From NCBI GenBank assembly GCA_964555565.1, contig CAZKTF010000002.1, positions 1 to 46,471 of the forward strand: a DNA stretch of 46,471 nucleotides, written 5' to 3'. This DNA comes from an uncultured Planctomycetota bacterium. GTDB taxonomy: Bacteria > Planctomycetota > JAJSAM01 > JAKLKS01. Shown here piece by piece: positions 24,845-33,844 of the stretch (position 1 is the stretch's first letter; each line of letters starts with the position of its first letter). Below the pieces are notes generated by a model. The model was not told where the DNA came from. It was given only the letters and a program-made list of their open reading frames with translations, and made no database searches. A program made the translations under genes and the position numbers.

Positions 24845-27532
24845 ATGATCACGACGGGTCTTCTCGATGGATTCCTCGGCGACGTGGGCGGCCAGGCGCT
24901 CCGCGAGGGGACCCGCTACGCGCGGGAGGCGAGGGTCGGGGACCTCGTCGGATCGACAGAGCGCGTCTCCACGGTCGTTCGCGGCCGCTCGGGCGACTTC
25001 GAGGTCGTCCTCTGGGCCGAGGCGGGGAAGCTCGCGCACCGCTGCAGCTGCCCCTCCTGGCGGGATCCCTGCAAGCACGAGGTCGCGGCGGCACTCGTCC
25101 TGAAGCAATCCGCCCGGCGCAAGGATGCCGCGGGTCCCCGCCTGCCCGCGGACACCGACGAGCCACGGCGCCGCGCCGTCGAGGAGAGGGTCGTGGCCGC
25201 GCGGCGCGAGGCCCTCCGGTTCCGTCCGGACCGCGTCCCGTTCCTGACGGGTTCGAGCGCCTCCGGGTTCGTCTACCGGGTGCACCTCCGCGGGAGTGCC
25301 GACGGCCCCCACTCCTGCGACTGTCCCGACTTCGAGGCGAACCGGCTCCACACCTGCAAGCACGTGGAGAGGGTTCGGGGGCAACTCCGGCGGGCGCCCG
25401 GCCTGCCCGCGGCCCACCGGCACGCCGCGTCTCGACCCCGCGTCTACCTCCACTTCGGCGAGATCGTCGAGCCCCGGCTCTTCGGAACGCCCGCGGGCCC
25501 CGGCTCCCGGGCCGTCCTGGGTGCCTTCGACCCCGGGGGCCGGGTCCTACGGCCGCTGGCCCGGGGGGAGGGCGAACTGAAGGCCTGGCTGACGGGGCTG
25601 GGGGAGTGGGTGGAGCCCGAGGCCATCGAGTGGCTGGACCGTAGGATCGCCGCGCGCCCCGTGCTTCCCATGGTCCGGGAATTCTCCCGACTGGTGCCGG
25701 GGTTGCGAGGCAGCCCCTACGACTACCAATGGGAAGGCGCCGCGTTCCTCGCGCGGGCGGGCCGCGGCCTGCTCGCGGACGAGATGGGCCTCGGCAAGAC
25801 GGTGCAGGCCATCGTCGCTGCAGTGGCGTTGCGGCGGGCGACCCCGGCCGTCGGCCGGGTGACCGTCGTGTGCCCCGCCAGCCTCCGCGGAGGCTGGCGC
25901 GAGGAGATCTTCCGCTGGCTCGGCGAGGAGCCGGTGCTCCTCGAGGGGGGCGCCCGGGCACGCGCCGGAGCGATCGCCGCCGGGGCTCCGTGGCTCGTGA
26001 CCCACTACGAGCAACTCCTCAAGGACCACCGCGAACACGCCGCGAGTCCGCCGGACCTCCTGATTATCGACGAGGCCCAGAGGGCCAAGGGGCTCAACAC
26101 CCGCACGGCCCGGGTGCTGAAGTCCATCGGGGCGCGCTTCCTCTTCGCCCTCACGGGGACCCCGCTGGAGAACCGCCTGGAGGAGGCCTACGCCATCGCG
26201 CAGCTCGTGGACCAGCGGCTCCTGCCGCCGCTGTGGCAGATCGACCGCGACCACTTCGTCCGGGAAGGAAAGGGCAAGCGGGTGGTCCTGTACCGCAACC
26301 TCGACGCCCTGCGCGCGCGCCTGGCCCCCGCCTTCCTGCGGCGGCGGAAGGAGGATGTCGCGATGGACCTGCCCGAGCGCGTCCGATCCACCGTGATGGT
26401 CCCGATGCACCCGGCCGTAGGGCCCACCTACGAGGACGTGATGGCCCAGGTGGCCATCCTCGCGAGCAGGAGAGTCCTCCTTCCCGCCGACCTCGACCGC
26501 ATGCAGCGGCTCCTGGTCATCGCCCGGCGCTGCTGCAACGGGCCGCACATGCTCGGGATCGAGGCGGAGGACGCGGCCGTCCCGAAGCTCGCCGAGCTGG
26601 AGGAGGTCCTCAGGGACCTCTGCATCGGGGAGGGGCGGAAGGCGGTGGTGTTCTCCGAGTGGACCGACATGACCGGGCGGGTCGAGAGGATGTGCGACCG
26701 CCTGGGACTGCCGGTGTTCCACCTGCGGGGGAGCGTCCCTGTTCGTGCGCGCCCGGCGTTGATCCAGGCCTTCCGCGAGTCCCCCGGGGCTGCGGTGTTC
26801 GTCTCCACGGACGCCGGGGGCCTCGGGCTCAACCTGCAGGTCGCCGACGTGCTCGTGAACCTGGACCTCCCCTGGAACCCGGCGCGCCTCGAGCAGCGCG
26901 CGGCGCGCGTCCACCGCATCGGTTCGAAGGGGACCGTGCAGGAGATCCTCCTCGTGGCGAAGGACTCGATCGAGGAGAGGATCCTCCGGCTCCACGACAC
27001 GAAGAAGGACGTCCTGGAGAACGTCTGGGTGCGGACCGGGAAGGACGAGATCGCCGCTCCGGGCGGAAGCGGCGCGTTCCGCGAGATGGTGCAGGCGCTC
27101 CTCAGCACCCGCGCGCCGCGGGTCGAGGAGGGCCTGCTCGTCGCCGAGGGCGCTCCGTCACCGGCGCGGGCCGGGGGTGCGGCCGGTCCCGCGGGATCGA
27201 CGGCAGGGCCGCGCCCCGCGGCGCCGGCACCCCCCCGCGTGCCCGCAGCGGCCGCGGTCACGCCGGGATCGCCTCCTGCCCCGGCTCCGGCCCGTCCGCA
27301 GGCGGCATGGCAGGTGGACCCCTCCGCGCTGGCCTTCGCCATGTCCGCCGTGGCCCCGACGCTCCCCCCGGATCACCGCCGCTCGCTCTCGGCGGTCTTC
27401 CGGGCCATGGCCGATGCCCTCGAGGCGTCTCCGGGGGCGCAGTCCACGACCGCGGCGCCCTCCTCGCGCAGACCAGAGCCGGAGAACAACCCTACGCGCC
27501 GTACCCGCAGAGACCCGTGCGGGGTGAATTGA
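24845..27532 (+). CDS. SNF2-family helicase with two N-terminal SWIM zinc fingers
   Basis: SWIM motifs CSCPSWRDPCKH and CDCPDFEANRLHTCKH. SNF2 motifs LADEMGLGKT, IIDEAQRAKG, ALTGTPLENR, LGLNLQVADVLVNLDLPWNPARLEQRAARVHRIGS. Pro/Ala-rich tail. Confidence 0.9.
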   Translation: MITTGLLDGFLGDVGGQALREGTRYAREARVGDLVGSTERVSTVVRGRSGDFEVVLWAEAGKLAHRCSCPSWRDPCKHEVAAALVLKQSARRKDAAGPRLPADTDEPRRRAVEERVVAARREALRFRPDRVPFLTGSSASGFVYRVHLRGSADGPHSCDCPDFEANRLHTCKHVERVRGQLRRAPGLPAAHRHAASRPRVYLHFGEIVEPRLFGTPAGPGSRAVLGAFDPGGRVLRPLARGEGELKAWLTGLGEWVEPEAIEWLDRRIAARPVLPMVREFSRLVPGLRGSPYDYQWEGAAFLARAGRGLLADEMGLGKTVQAIVAAVALRRATPAVGRVTVVCPASLRGGWREEIFRWLGEEPVLLEGGARARAGAIAAGAPWLVTHYEQLLKDHREHAASPPDLLIIDEAQRAKGLNTRTARVLKSIGARFLFALTGTPLENRLEEAYAIAQLVDQRLLPPLWQIDRDHFVREGKGKRVVLYRNLDALRARLAPAFLRRRKEDVAMDLPERVRSTVMVPMHPAVGPTYEDVMAQVAILASRRVLLPADLDRMQRLLVIARRCCNGPHMLGIEAEDAAVPKLAELEEVLRDLCIGEGRKAVVFSEWTDMTGRVERMCDRLGLPVFHLRGSVPVRARPALIQAFRESPGAAVFVSTDAGGLGLNLQVADVLVNLDLPWNPARLEQRAARVHRIGSKGTVQEILLVAKDSIEERILRLHDTKKDVLENVWVRTGKDEIAAPGGSGAFREMVQALLSTRAPRVEEGLLVAEGAPSPARAGGAAGPAGSTAGPRPAAPAPPRVPAAAAVTPGSPPAPAPARPQAAWQVDPSALAFAMSAVAPTLPPDHRRSLSAVFRAMADALEASPGAQSTTAAPSSRRPEPENNPTRRTRRDPCGVN

Positions 27533-27869
27533 CGAGAGGCAGGCGCATCTCCGAGTCACAGGAGTGCTTGCCGGCGCACGCAACGCAGAGGAGCGGGCGG
27601 CGGCACCCCTCGGTGCAGATGCGCTTCGCCGCGTCGCCGCAGCCTCCGCAGGGGAAGGAGACGGGGTCGTTGCGGGGTCGTTGCGGGCGCGCCGCGCGAC
27701 TCCGGCGCGCGGGCGTGCGCCCTCGGACCGCCCGGAGACCTTCAGCGACGGGCAGGTCGTGGTCCCTGCCTTCACCCACCCCGGCCGACGCGGACCGGAC
27801 GGGGCCGGCCGCCCCGGGGATGGCGCCCCTCGGCCCCGCGGTCGCGCGCCCCCGGCCCGGGGGCGGAGC

Positions 27870-29186
27870 CTACGTCGGCGCGGCCCGCCGGAGGAGCGGC
27901 GTGATCCGGAGGTAGGTCGCGGCGCGCCAGACCCACTCGACGGGACCCACGCGGAAGGCGCGGAGCCAGAGGACGCTCGCGACGACCTGGGCCAGGCCAA
28001 CGGCGAGGGCGAGGAAGAGGAGGGTCCCCCTGCCGACGGACGCGAACAGGCCCAGCCCCGCCCCGAGGAACACGGTGGTCCCCTGGAACAGGAGGGCCAT
28101 GACCGCCGACTGGGCCAGGTAGTTGGTGAACGCCATCCGGCCGGCCGCCGCCAGGGCCCGCAGCCAGGGATGCCCGGGGGCCGCGGCGCAGGCCCGCGCG
28201 AGGAGCGCCGCGTAGGCCCCGGCGAGCCCGAGGCTCCCGAGGTAGTGCGCGATCTCCCCTCCCACGGCCGCGGCCGGGTCGCGGGGGGCGATCCCCTGGA
28301 GGAGGATGGCCGCCGCGGTGAGCGGGACTCCCGCCCCGGCGCCCCACGCGAGGAGGCGGCGGAACCGCCGCGCGCCCTCCGCAGAGGCCGGGGCGAGGAA
28401 CCACCCCTCACCGGTCCACGCCATGCCGAGGAGGAACAGCCCCGCGAGCCGGGGGGCCCAGTAGGGGCCCGACACGAGCCAGGAGAGGGCCCAGGTGAAG
28501 CCGCGGAGGGCGGTCGCCTGCGCGAAGGAGCCCTCGCGGACCACGGCGATCTCGAAGTCGGGGTCGAACTCGAGCAGCTGCCTCCCGAAACCACCCCCGG
28601 GTCCCGCCTGCCAACCCGGGTCCACGCCGTCGGGGAAGGTCGGGGCGAGCCATCCCGACACGACCTGGGAGATCCCCCCCACGTCGGCGAGGAGGGCGGC
28701 GAGGAGGAGGACGAGGAGCGCCACGGGCAGGGCGAGGAGCGCCGCGCCCAGCGCACGCAGCAGCCGCGGCGGGAGCCCCGGCGCCCAGCAGAGCGCGAGG
28801 CCGAGGAGGGCGTACACCGCGGCGATGTCGCCGTACCAGAGGAGGACCCCGTGGGCGCACCCCAGGACCCACAGGAAGCCGAGCCGCCGGGCCGCCAGCG
28901 GGCCCCACCGCGCTCCCCGCTCCCGCGTCCGCGCGCGGAGGAGGGCCATCCCCGCGCCGAACAGCAGCGCGAAGAGGGTGTGGAACTTGTACTCGAACAG
29001 CGCGCGGACCCCGAGGTCCGCCGCCGCGTCCGCGGCCCCGGCCCCGGGGGGGAACGCGGGGTCCCCGGCGACCGTCACGGGGTAGGCGAAGAAGGCCGCG
29101 TTCACGGGCAGGATGCTCAGGATCGCGACGCCCCGCAGCACGTCGAGGTACTCGATGCGCCCGCCCCGGTCCTCGTCCACCCCCAT
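27870..29186 (-). CDS. DUF418/YeiB-like membrane protein
   Basis: RIEYLDVLRGVAILSILPVN at the N-terminus, multiple TM helices, and C-terminal FRVGPVEWVWRAATY. I prefer ATG 29186 to the TTG at 29267. Confidence 0.75.
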   Translation of the reverse strand: MGVDEDRGGRIEYLDVLRGVAILSILPVNAAFFAYPVTVAGDPAFPPGAGAADAAADLGVRALFEYKFHTLFALLFGAGMALLRARTRERGARWGPLAARRLGFLWVLGCAHGVLLWYGDIAAVYALLGLALCWAPGLPPRLLRALGAALLALPVALLVLLLAALLADVGGISQVVSGWLAPTFPDGVDPGWQAGPGGGFGRQLLEFDPDFEIAVVREGSFAQATALRGFTWALSWLVSGPYWAPRLAGLFLLGMAWTGEGWFLAPASAEGARRFRRLLAWGAGAGVPLTAAAILLQGIAPRDPAAAVGGEIAHYLGSLGLAGAYAALLARACAAAPGHPWLRALAAAGRMAFTNYLAQSAVMALLFQGTTVFLGAGLGLFASVGRGTLLFLALAVGLAQVVASVLWLRAFRVGPVEWVWRAATYLRITPLLRRAAPT

Positions 29187-29298
29187 GGCGCCCGCGATTG
29201 GACCACGGGACGGACCGGACCCGCAGCCCCCGGCTTCGGGGAATGGGCGCCCGCGCGCACGAGGCAAGCCTCGCTACCGGGGCCTTGTGAGGCATGTC

Positions 29299-29328
29299 TT
29301 GCACATTAACCATCCCATTGTGTATGCT
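29299..29328 (+). promoter_or_regulatory. Candidate sigma-70-type promoter in an AT-rich patch
   Basis: TTGCAC (29299-29304), 18-nt spacer, TATGCT (29323-29328). GGAGG at 29351-29355 and GTG at 29364 follow. Confidence 0.35.
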
Positions 29329-29363
29329 AATGTTCTAAGTAAGCCTCATTGGAGGTAGAGCAC

Positions 29364-30854
29364 GTGGCCAGCCGCCGGTCCACCGCCTGGAAGCCGAAGC
29401 CCGAGGACTACGGCCGGGTCTTCGGGGAACAGAACCCCTGGCACTCCACCGGGCAGGTGCCGGACACCCTCGCCTGTCCGGTCGAACGCCCCATGGGGCA
29501 GCAACTGTGGCGCCGGGTCCTCCATGACAACCCCACCCGCTATCAGCTCATCCTGGGGCCCCGACGGGTCGGCAAGACCACCTGCATGTACCAGACGGTC
29601 CGGCACCTCCTCAGGGAAGGCGTGCCCCCGCGGAGGCTCTGGTGGCTTCGACTCGATCACCCCCTCCTCATGTCCGTCCCGGTGCAGTCCCTCGTGCAGT
29701 TCGCGATCCATGACACCCGCACGAGGAAGCAGGGCGAGCCCCTCCTCGTGTTCCTCGACGAGCTGACCTATGCGAAGGACTGGGACCTCTGGCTCAAGAC
29801 CTTCTACGACGAGCGGTGGCCCGTTCGCATCGTAGGGACCTCGAGTTCCACCGCCGCCCTGAGGAACCGGCGGATGGAGAGCGGCGTGGGACGATGGGAG
29901 GAACAGTACCTCGCGCCCTACCTGCTCACGGAGTACCTCGACCTGGCCGGGCTCCGCGTCGAGGTCCCTCTCGAGGGCACGCTGCAAAGGACCCTCCGGG
30001 CCTCCATCCGGGGCGGCATCGACCTGCTCGGCGTGGAGGCGCACCGCCGCAGGTTCCTCCTCACGGGCGGATTCCCGGAGCTCCTCGCGCGCCTGCGGAA
30101 CGGAGAGGCGAACGAGGAGGAGCGCCTGCTCCAGTCGCAGCGGGTCCTCCGCAGCGACGCCGTCGAACGCGCCGTCTACAAGGACATCCCCCAGGCCTTC
30201 GGGGTGGACAACCCCATGATGCTGGAGCGGCTCCTGTACGTGCTCGCGGGACAGATCGCGGGCGTGCTATCCCCCAGGAGTCTCTGTTCGGATCTCGATG
30301 GACTCTCGCAGCCCACCTTCGACCGGTACCTCGCCTTCCTGGAGCGTGCGTTCCTCGTGTTCACCGTGCCCAACTTCTCGGGAAGCGAGAGGTCCGTGCA
30401 GAAGAGGGGACGGAAGCTCTACTTCGTCGATGGCGCGGTCCGCAACGCCGCCCTCCAGCGGGGACTCGCCCCGTGGAACGACCCCGCGGAGATGGGCCCC
30501 CTCCTCGAGAACCTCGCCGCCTCGCACCTCCACGCCCTGTCCCGGCAGGCCCAGGTGCGCCTGTTCCATTGGCGCGACAGGGGGGAGGAGGTGGACCTCG
30601 TGTTCGACCACCCCGAGGAGCCGCTTGCCTTCGAGATCTCGAGCCGGCCGGCTCACCCGAGGCACGGCCTGCGCGCGTTCATCGAGAGGTACCCCCGGTT
30701 CGCCCATCGGTGCTACGTCGTCGCCCCGGGAGTCCCGGCGCTGGCGCCGGAGGACGGGGAGGACGGCATCGGGAGCCTGCCCTTCGACCTGTTCCTCGTC
30801 GCCGTCGGCCGCCAGGCCGAGGCCGAACTGGGGCGACGGCTCTCCGCTGGTTAG
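29364..30854 (+). CDS. AAA ATPase with DUF4143-type C-terminal domain
   Basis: P-loop LILGPRRVGKTT, Walker B LVFLDELTYAKDW, C-terminal LENLAASHLHAL...FHWRDRGEEVDLVF. GTG 29364 lies 8 nt after GGAGG; the ORF-track TTG at 29349 is less likely. Confidence 0.85.
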   Translation: MASRRSTAWKPKPEDYGRVFGEQNPWHSTGQVPDTLACPVERPMGQQLWRRVLHDNPTRYQLILGPRRVGKTTCMYQTVRHLLREGVPPRRLWWLRLDHPLLMSVPVQSLVQFAIHDTRTRKQGEPLLVFLDELTYAKDWDLWLKTFYDERWPVRIVGTSSSTAALRNRRMESGVGRWEEQYLAPYLLTEYLDLAGLRVEVPLEGTLQRTLRASIRGGIDLLGVEAHRRRFLLTGGFPELLARLRNGEANEEERLLQSQRVLRSDAVERAVYKDIPQAFGVDNPMMLERLLYVLAGQIAGVLSPRSLCSDLDGLSQPTFDRYLAFLERAFLVFTVPNFSGSERSVQKRGRKLYFVDGAVRNAALQRGLAPWNDPAEMGPLLENLAASHLHALSRQAQVRLFHWRDRGEEVDLVFDHPEEPLAFEISSRPAHPRHGLRAFIERYPRFAHRCYVVAPGVPALAPEDGEDGIGSLPFDLFLVAVGRQAEAELGRRLSAG

Positions 30855-30855
30855 C

Positions 30856-30900
30856 CCGTCGCTCCCGACGTCGGGGGTCCCGGCCCCCCCGGCCCCGCCA
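30856..30900 (+). repeat. Decayed tRNA-Asp 3'-half copy (att-like, R4)
   Basis: ccgtcgctcccgacgtcgggggtcccggcccccccggccccgcca matches R2 (5797-5841) at 37 of 45 positions by hand alignment, including the terminal ccccccggccccgcca. It lies between convergent genes. Confidence 0.6.
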
Positions 30901-30945
30901 GGACAACGCTTCGTGGCACCGGGAAGCGGCCCCGCGCCCACCCCG

Positions 30946-32454
30946 CTACCGCACGAGGCCGACCTCTCCCCAGAGGCCGCCGAAGTCCACCCCGACGAGG
31001 TCGGCCGCGGGCCCCAGTTCCCGTTCCAGTTCCTTGAGCATGGCCTCGGCGCAGGAGCGCCTCTCCGGGTCCCGGGCGAGGTCGCGCAGGCTCCTCCCGT
31101 CCAGTTCCTCGTGTGCGGCGTCGAACAGGGCGCGGACCTGCGCCTCGATCCCCCCCCGGAGCCTCCGCGCCTCCTCCTGCGGCAGGATCTCGGCGAGGGC
31201 GGGGCCGGCCTCCGCCAGCATCCTCCCGGTGTCGGGCCGCATCCGCTCGCGGAACCGGACGAGGCCCGTGGCGGCGCGTTCGACCTTGCGCCGGAGGGAG
31301 TTGGCGCGGGTGACGCCGTCCGATTCGACGGCCAACAGCCCGTGGCCGACGAAGACGCGGCCGAGGGAGCCCTCTCCCCCCGGCCTCCCGATCTCCAGGA
31401 ACCTCGTCTCCCGGAGCTCCGTCACCGGGCCCGCCCCGTCGATGCGGCGGATGCTCGCGAGGACGCTCTCCTCCCGGGATGGCTCGTACTCGAACTCGTC
31501 CAGGACCACTCTCCCCCGGTCACGGCGGCGCTGGTTCTCGGGCCGATCGTGCATCGCCTCCTGGAGGGCCTCCTCCTCCCAGACGGCGAGGAGGCATTCG
31601 AAGCAGGGCGGTGCCCCTTCCCCGGGCTCCCGTCCCCGGCCGCAGTCGGAGTGGCCCCCGCCTCCGATCTCCTCCACGACGAAGCTCCCCCTCAGGGGCC
31701 CCAGGGCCGCCCTGTGGTGCCCCCCCATCACGGTGATCCCGCCCCCGTCCACGACCTGGGCGAAGAGCACGTCCCAGCGCTTCAGGTTCTCCGACCCGAT
31801 CTCCTCGGTCACCCGGAAGCGCGTCCCGGCGAGGAGGTCCCGGGCCTCGAACCCCTTCCCCGGGTCCCGGTCGAGGACTTCAAGGACGGTGAACCGCGAA
31901 GCGGCGGCGGCCTCGAGCCAGGAGCGGTCGTCCGGCCCGAGGTCCGCCCCCCGTTCCTCCAGGTACCAGGCCGCCGGACTCTTCCCGTCCACCTGGCAAC
32001 CGTAGATCATCCAGGGGACCACGATGGTGGAGAGCGACGGTGCCACGTCCGGATCCCAGCCCAGGTCGTCCTCCGGGCGGTAGGCCTTCCCGAAGCGGCC
32101 CGTGGCCCAGCGGAGGATCGCGGGCGCGAGCCGCGCCTCGGCGGCCGAGAACCGGCGGGCCGCCGCCGCCTCCGGGGTGGGCGGCTCGGCGGGGAGCGGG
32201 GACATCTCGCAGCGGAACTCCTGCCTCCAAGAGACGTCCACCCCGTCCCCGTCGAAGTCCTCCGGCGCCGCGATGGACTCCTCGAGCTCGTCGCTGTCCG
32301 GGAGGGGCCCGGGTCCGTCCTCCCCCGACCCCGTCTCCAGGGCGCCGCCCCCGACCAGCGTGAGCTTCGCCGGGCCGAGCCCGTCCGGGTGGCACTTCTT
32401 CGACTTCCTCCCGCTCCCGCAGGGGCAGGGGTCGTTGCGGCCGAGGGATGCCAT
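30946..32454 (-). CDS. N-terminal SEC-C-motif protein, uncharacterised family (paralog 2)
   Basis: ATG 32454 follows GGAGG. MASLGRNDPCPCGSGRKSKKCH. Collinear with 8164-9738 through to ...LDGRSLRDLARDPERRSCAEAMLKELERE. Confidence 0.75.
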   Translation of the reverse strand: MASLGRNDPCPCGSGRKSKKCHPDGLGPAKLTLVGGGALETGSGEDGPGPLPDSDELEESIAAPEDFDGDGVDVSWRQEFRCEMSPLPAEPPTPEAAAARRFSAAEARLAPAILRWATGRFGKAYRPEDDLGWDPDVAPSLSTIVVPWMIYGCQVDGKSPAAWYLEERGADLGPDDRSWLEAAAASRFTVLEVLDRDPGKGFEARDLLAGTRFRVTEEIGSENLKRWDVLFAQVVDGGGITVMGGHHRAALGPLRGSFVVEEIGGGGHSDCGRGREPGEGAPPCFECLLAVWEEEALQEAMHDRPENQRRRDRGRVVLDEFEYEPSREESVLASIRRIDGAGPVTELRETRFLEIGRPGGEGSLGRVFVGHGLLAVESDGVTRANSLRRKVERAATGLVRFRERMRPDTGRMLAEAGPALAEILPQEEARRLRGGIEAQVRALFDAAHEELDGRSLRDLARDPERRSCAEAMLKELERELGPAADLVGVDFGGLWGEVGLVR

Positions 32455-32552
32455 GGGCGGTCCTCCGGTGTCCCTTCGCGGATCGGGGGAGAGTCTACGA
32501 AACGCCGGGGACGCCCGGGCCTTGTCGGCGTCGGGGGATAGGCTCCCCCGGC

Positions 32553-32817
32553 ATGCAGCTCGAAGATGGGGACGTGCCCGATGTCATCGCCGTCGTGGAC
32601 GAGTAGGGAGCGAGGCTCGCCCCTCTTGGGGCTCCTCCGGCGGCGTTTGCCCCGGACGATCGAAGGGCTCCTGCCCGTCGGCGACGTCGCCATCGGCCCG
32701 CGCGTCCTCGCGGAGCGGAAGACCGTCGCGGACCTGGGAGGCGGCGAGAGTCGGAACGGGGATCCTCCAGCCGTCTCCGAGCCCCTCCCGTCGTACGGCG
32801 CCCGGTTGACGGCTTGA
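32553..32817 (+). pseudogene. ERCC4 (XPF/Mus81-type) nuclease-like fragment, frameshifted
   Basis: MQLEDGDVPDVIAVVDE stops at TAG 32604. The next frame continues RERGSPLLGLLRRRLPRTIEGLLPVGDVAIGPRVLAERKTVADLGG, which carries the D.RE ... GD ... ERKxxxD motif. No convincing continuation follows. Confidence 0.35.
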
Positions 32818-33022
32818 AGCGAGGCCCATGGCCTTCCCGAGGCGCACTTGCTCCGGGGCAGTTCGAGGGGTAATCGCCGTGCCGGTCCGGAGGATCGTCA
32901 GCAAGGTTCGGTTGCGAAGGGGACACCTGAAGCGACACGGACTCGAGATGGTCGCGCGTCGCGCCCGCTCCGAGGCGTGCCCGTTCTCGCCCCGGCGGGT
33001 ATGATCTCGGGCACTCTTGCAG

Positions 33023-33844
33023 ATGGACACGCTGACTGTCCCCCCGCTGCTGGTCCCCACTCTGTCCTGGGACGACGCAGGACGTGGCCGCAGACGGCGA
33101 GGTTCGGAAGTGTTCCCCGACGAGCTGGAGGCGCACCTCCGGGAGATCGCGGAGGCGGCCGTGCGTGCCGGGATCGACCCGGTCGTGGAGTCGGCGGAGC
33201 GGGCGGACCGGGCCGAGTTGGAATCCATCGCGCGTCAAGCATTCAGCGCCTTCGTCAAGCAGCGGAGTCGCATCTGGCCGCCGCTGGTTCAGTACATCTC
33301 CACGCACCCCCTCGTGGTCCTCAGGTTGCTTCGCGAGGTCTCTCAACTGGTGCGCGCCGAGTGGATCCGGCTCAAGGTTCCACGCCTCAGGGAGGATGAC
33401 CCTGCATCGCAGTCCGTCATGCGCCTTCGCCTGGCACTCAAGACCTACCAGATGACATTGGATCTCACGCTCGCCTCGGTTCCCCTTCTCGTGTCTACCC
33501 TTGCATCAAGGGGCCCTCCCAAGGAGATCGCTGAGCCCTCTGCCATGGCGCAGTTCCTGGACGGCCTTGACCTCGCGACGGCTCGTCTCGAGTTCGGGTT
33601 CCTGCTTGGGGTACGGCTCCTCGAGGATCGGCCGCTCGCGCGGAACTCGACTCTCGAAGTCGCTGTGGACTACGGGGCGAAAGGCGCCGACGAGCAACAC
33701 GTGATGGTGCGCGGTATGCTACGCAGGATCCTGGGTGACAAGACGATGCTGGGGAAGGTCACCCCTGGGTCTCGCCAGGCTGCCGATGAGGTTCCGCCCG
33801 AGGCGCTACTGGCCGACTGGGTCCGCGCCGTCCTAGCCGCCTAG
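33023..33844 (+). CDS. Hypothetical protein
   Basis: 273-aa helical-looking ORF with good coding appearance and no recognised motif. Its TAG stop lies inside the left arm of the palindromic element. Confidence 0.5.
   Translation: MDTLTVPPLLVPTLSWDDAGRGRRRRGSEVFPDELEAHLREIAEAAVRAGIDPVVESAERADRAELESIARQAFSAFVKQRSRIWPPLVQYISTHPLVVLRLLREVSQLVRAEWIRLKVPRLREDDPASQSVMRLRLALKTYQMTLDLTLASVPLLVSTLASRGPPKEIAEPSAMAQFLDGLDLATARLEFGFLLGVRLLEDRPLARNSTLEVAVDYGAKGADEQHVMVRGMLRRILGDKTMLGKVTPGSRQAADEVPPEALLADWVRAVLAA

Noticed and set aside
27663-27684. Tandem duplication of the 11-mer ggggtcgttgc.
   Set aside because: There are only two copies, inside the low-confidence Cys-rich ORF/intergenic zone. This is too short to call a repeat array or regulatory element.
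30864-30875. Perfect 12-bp palindrome CCCGACGTCGGG after the DUF4143 ATPase gene, considered as a terminator.
   Set aside because: It has no loop and no U-tract. It lies inside the att-like remnant R4, which explains the sequence better.
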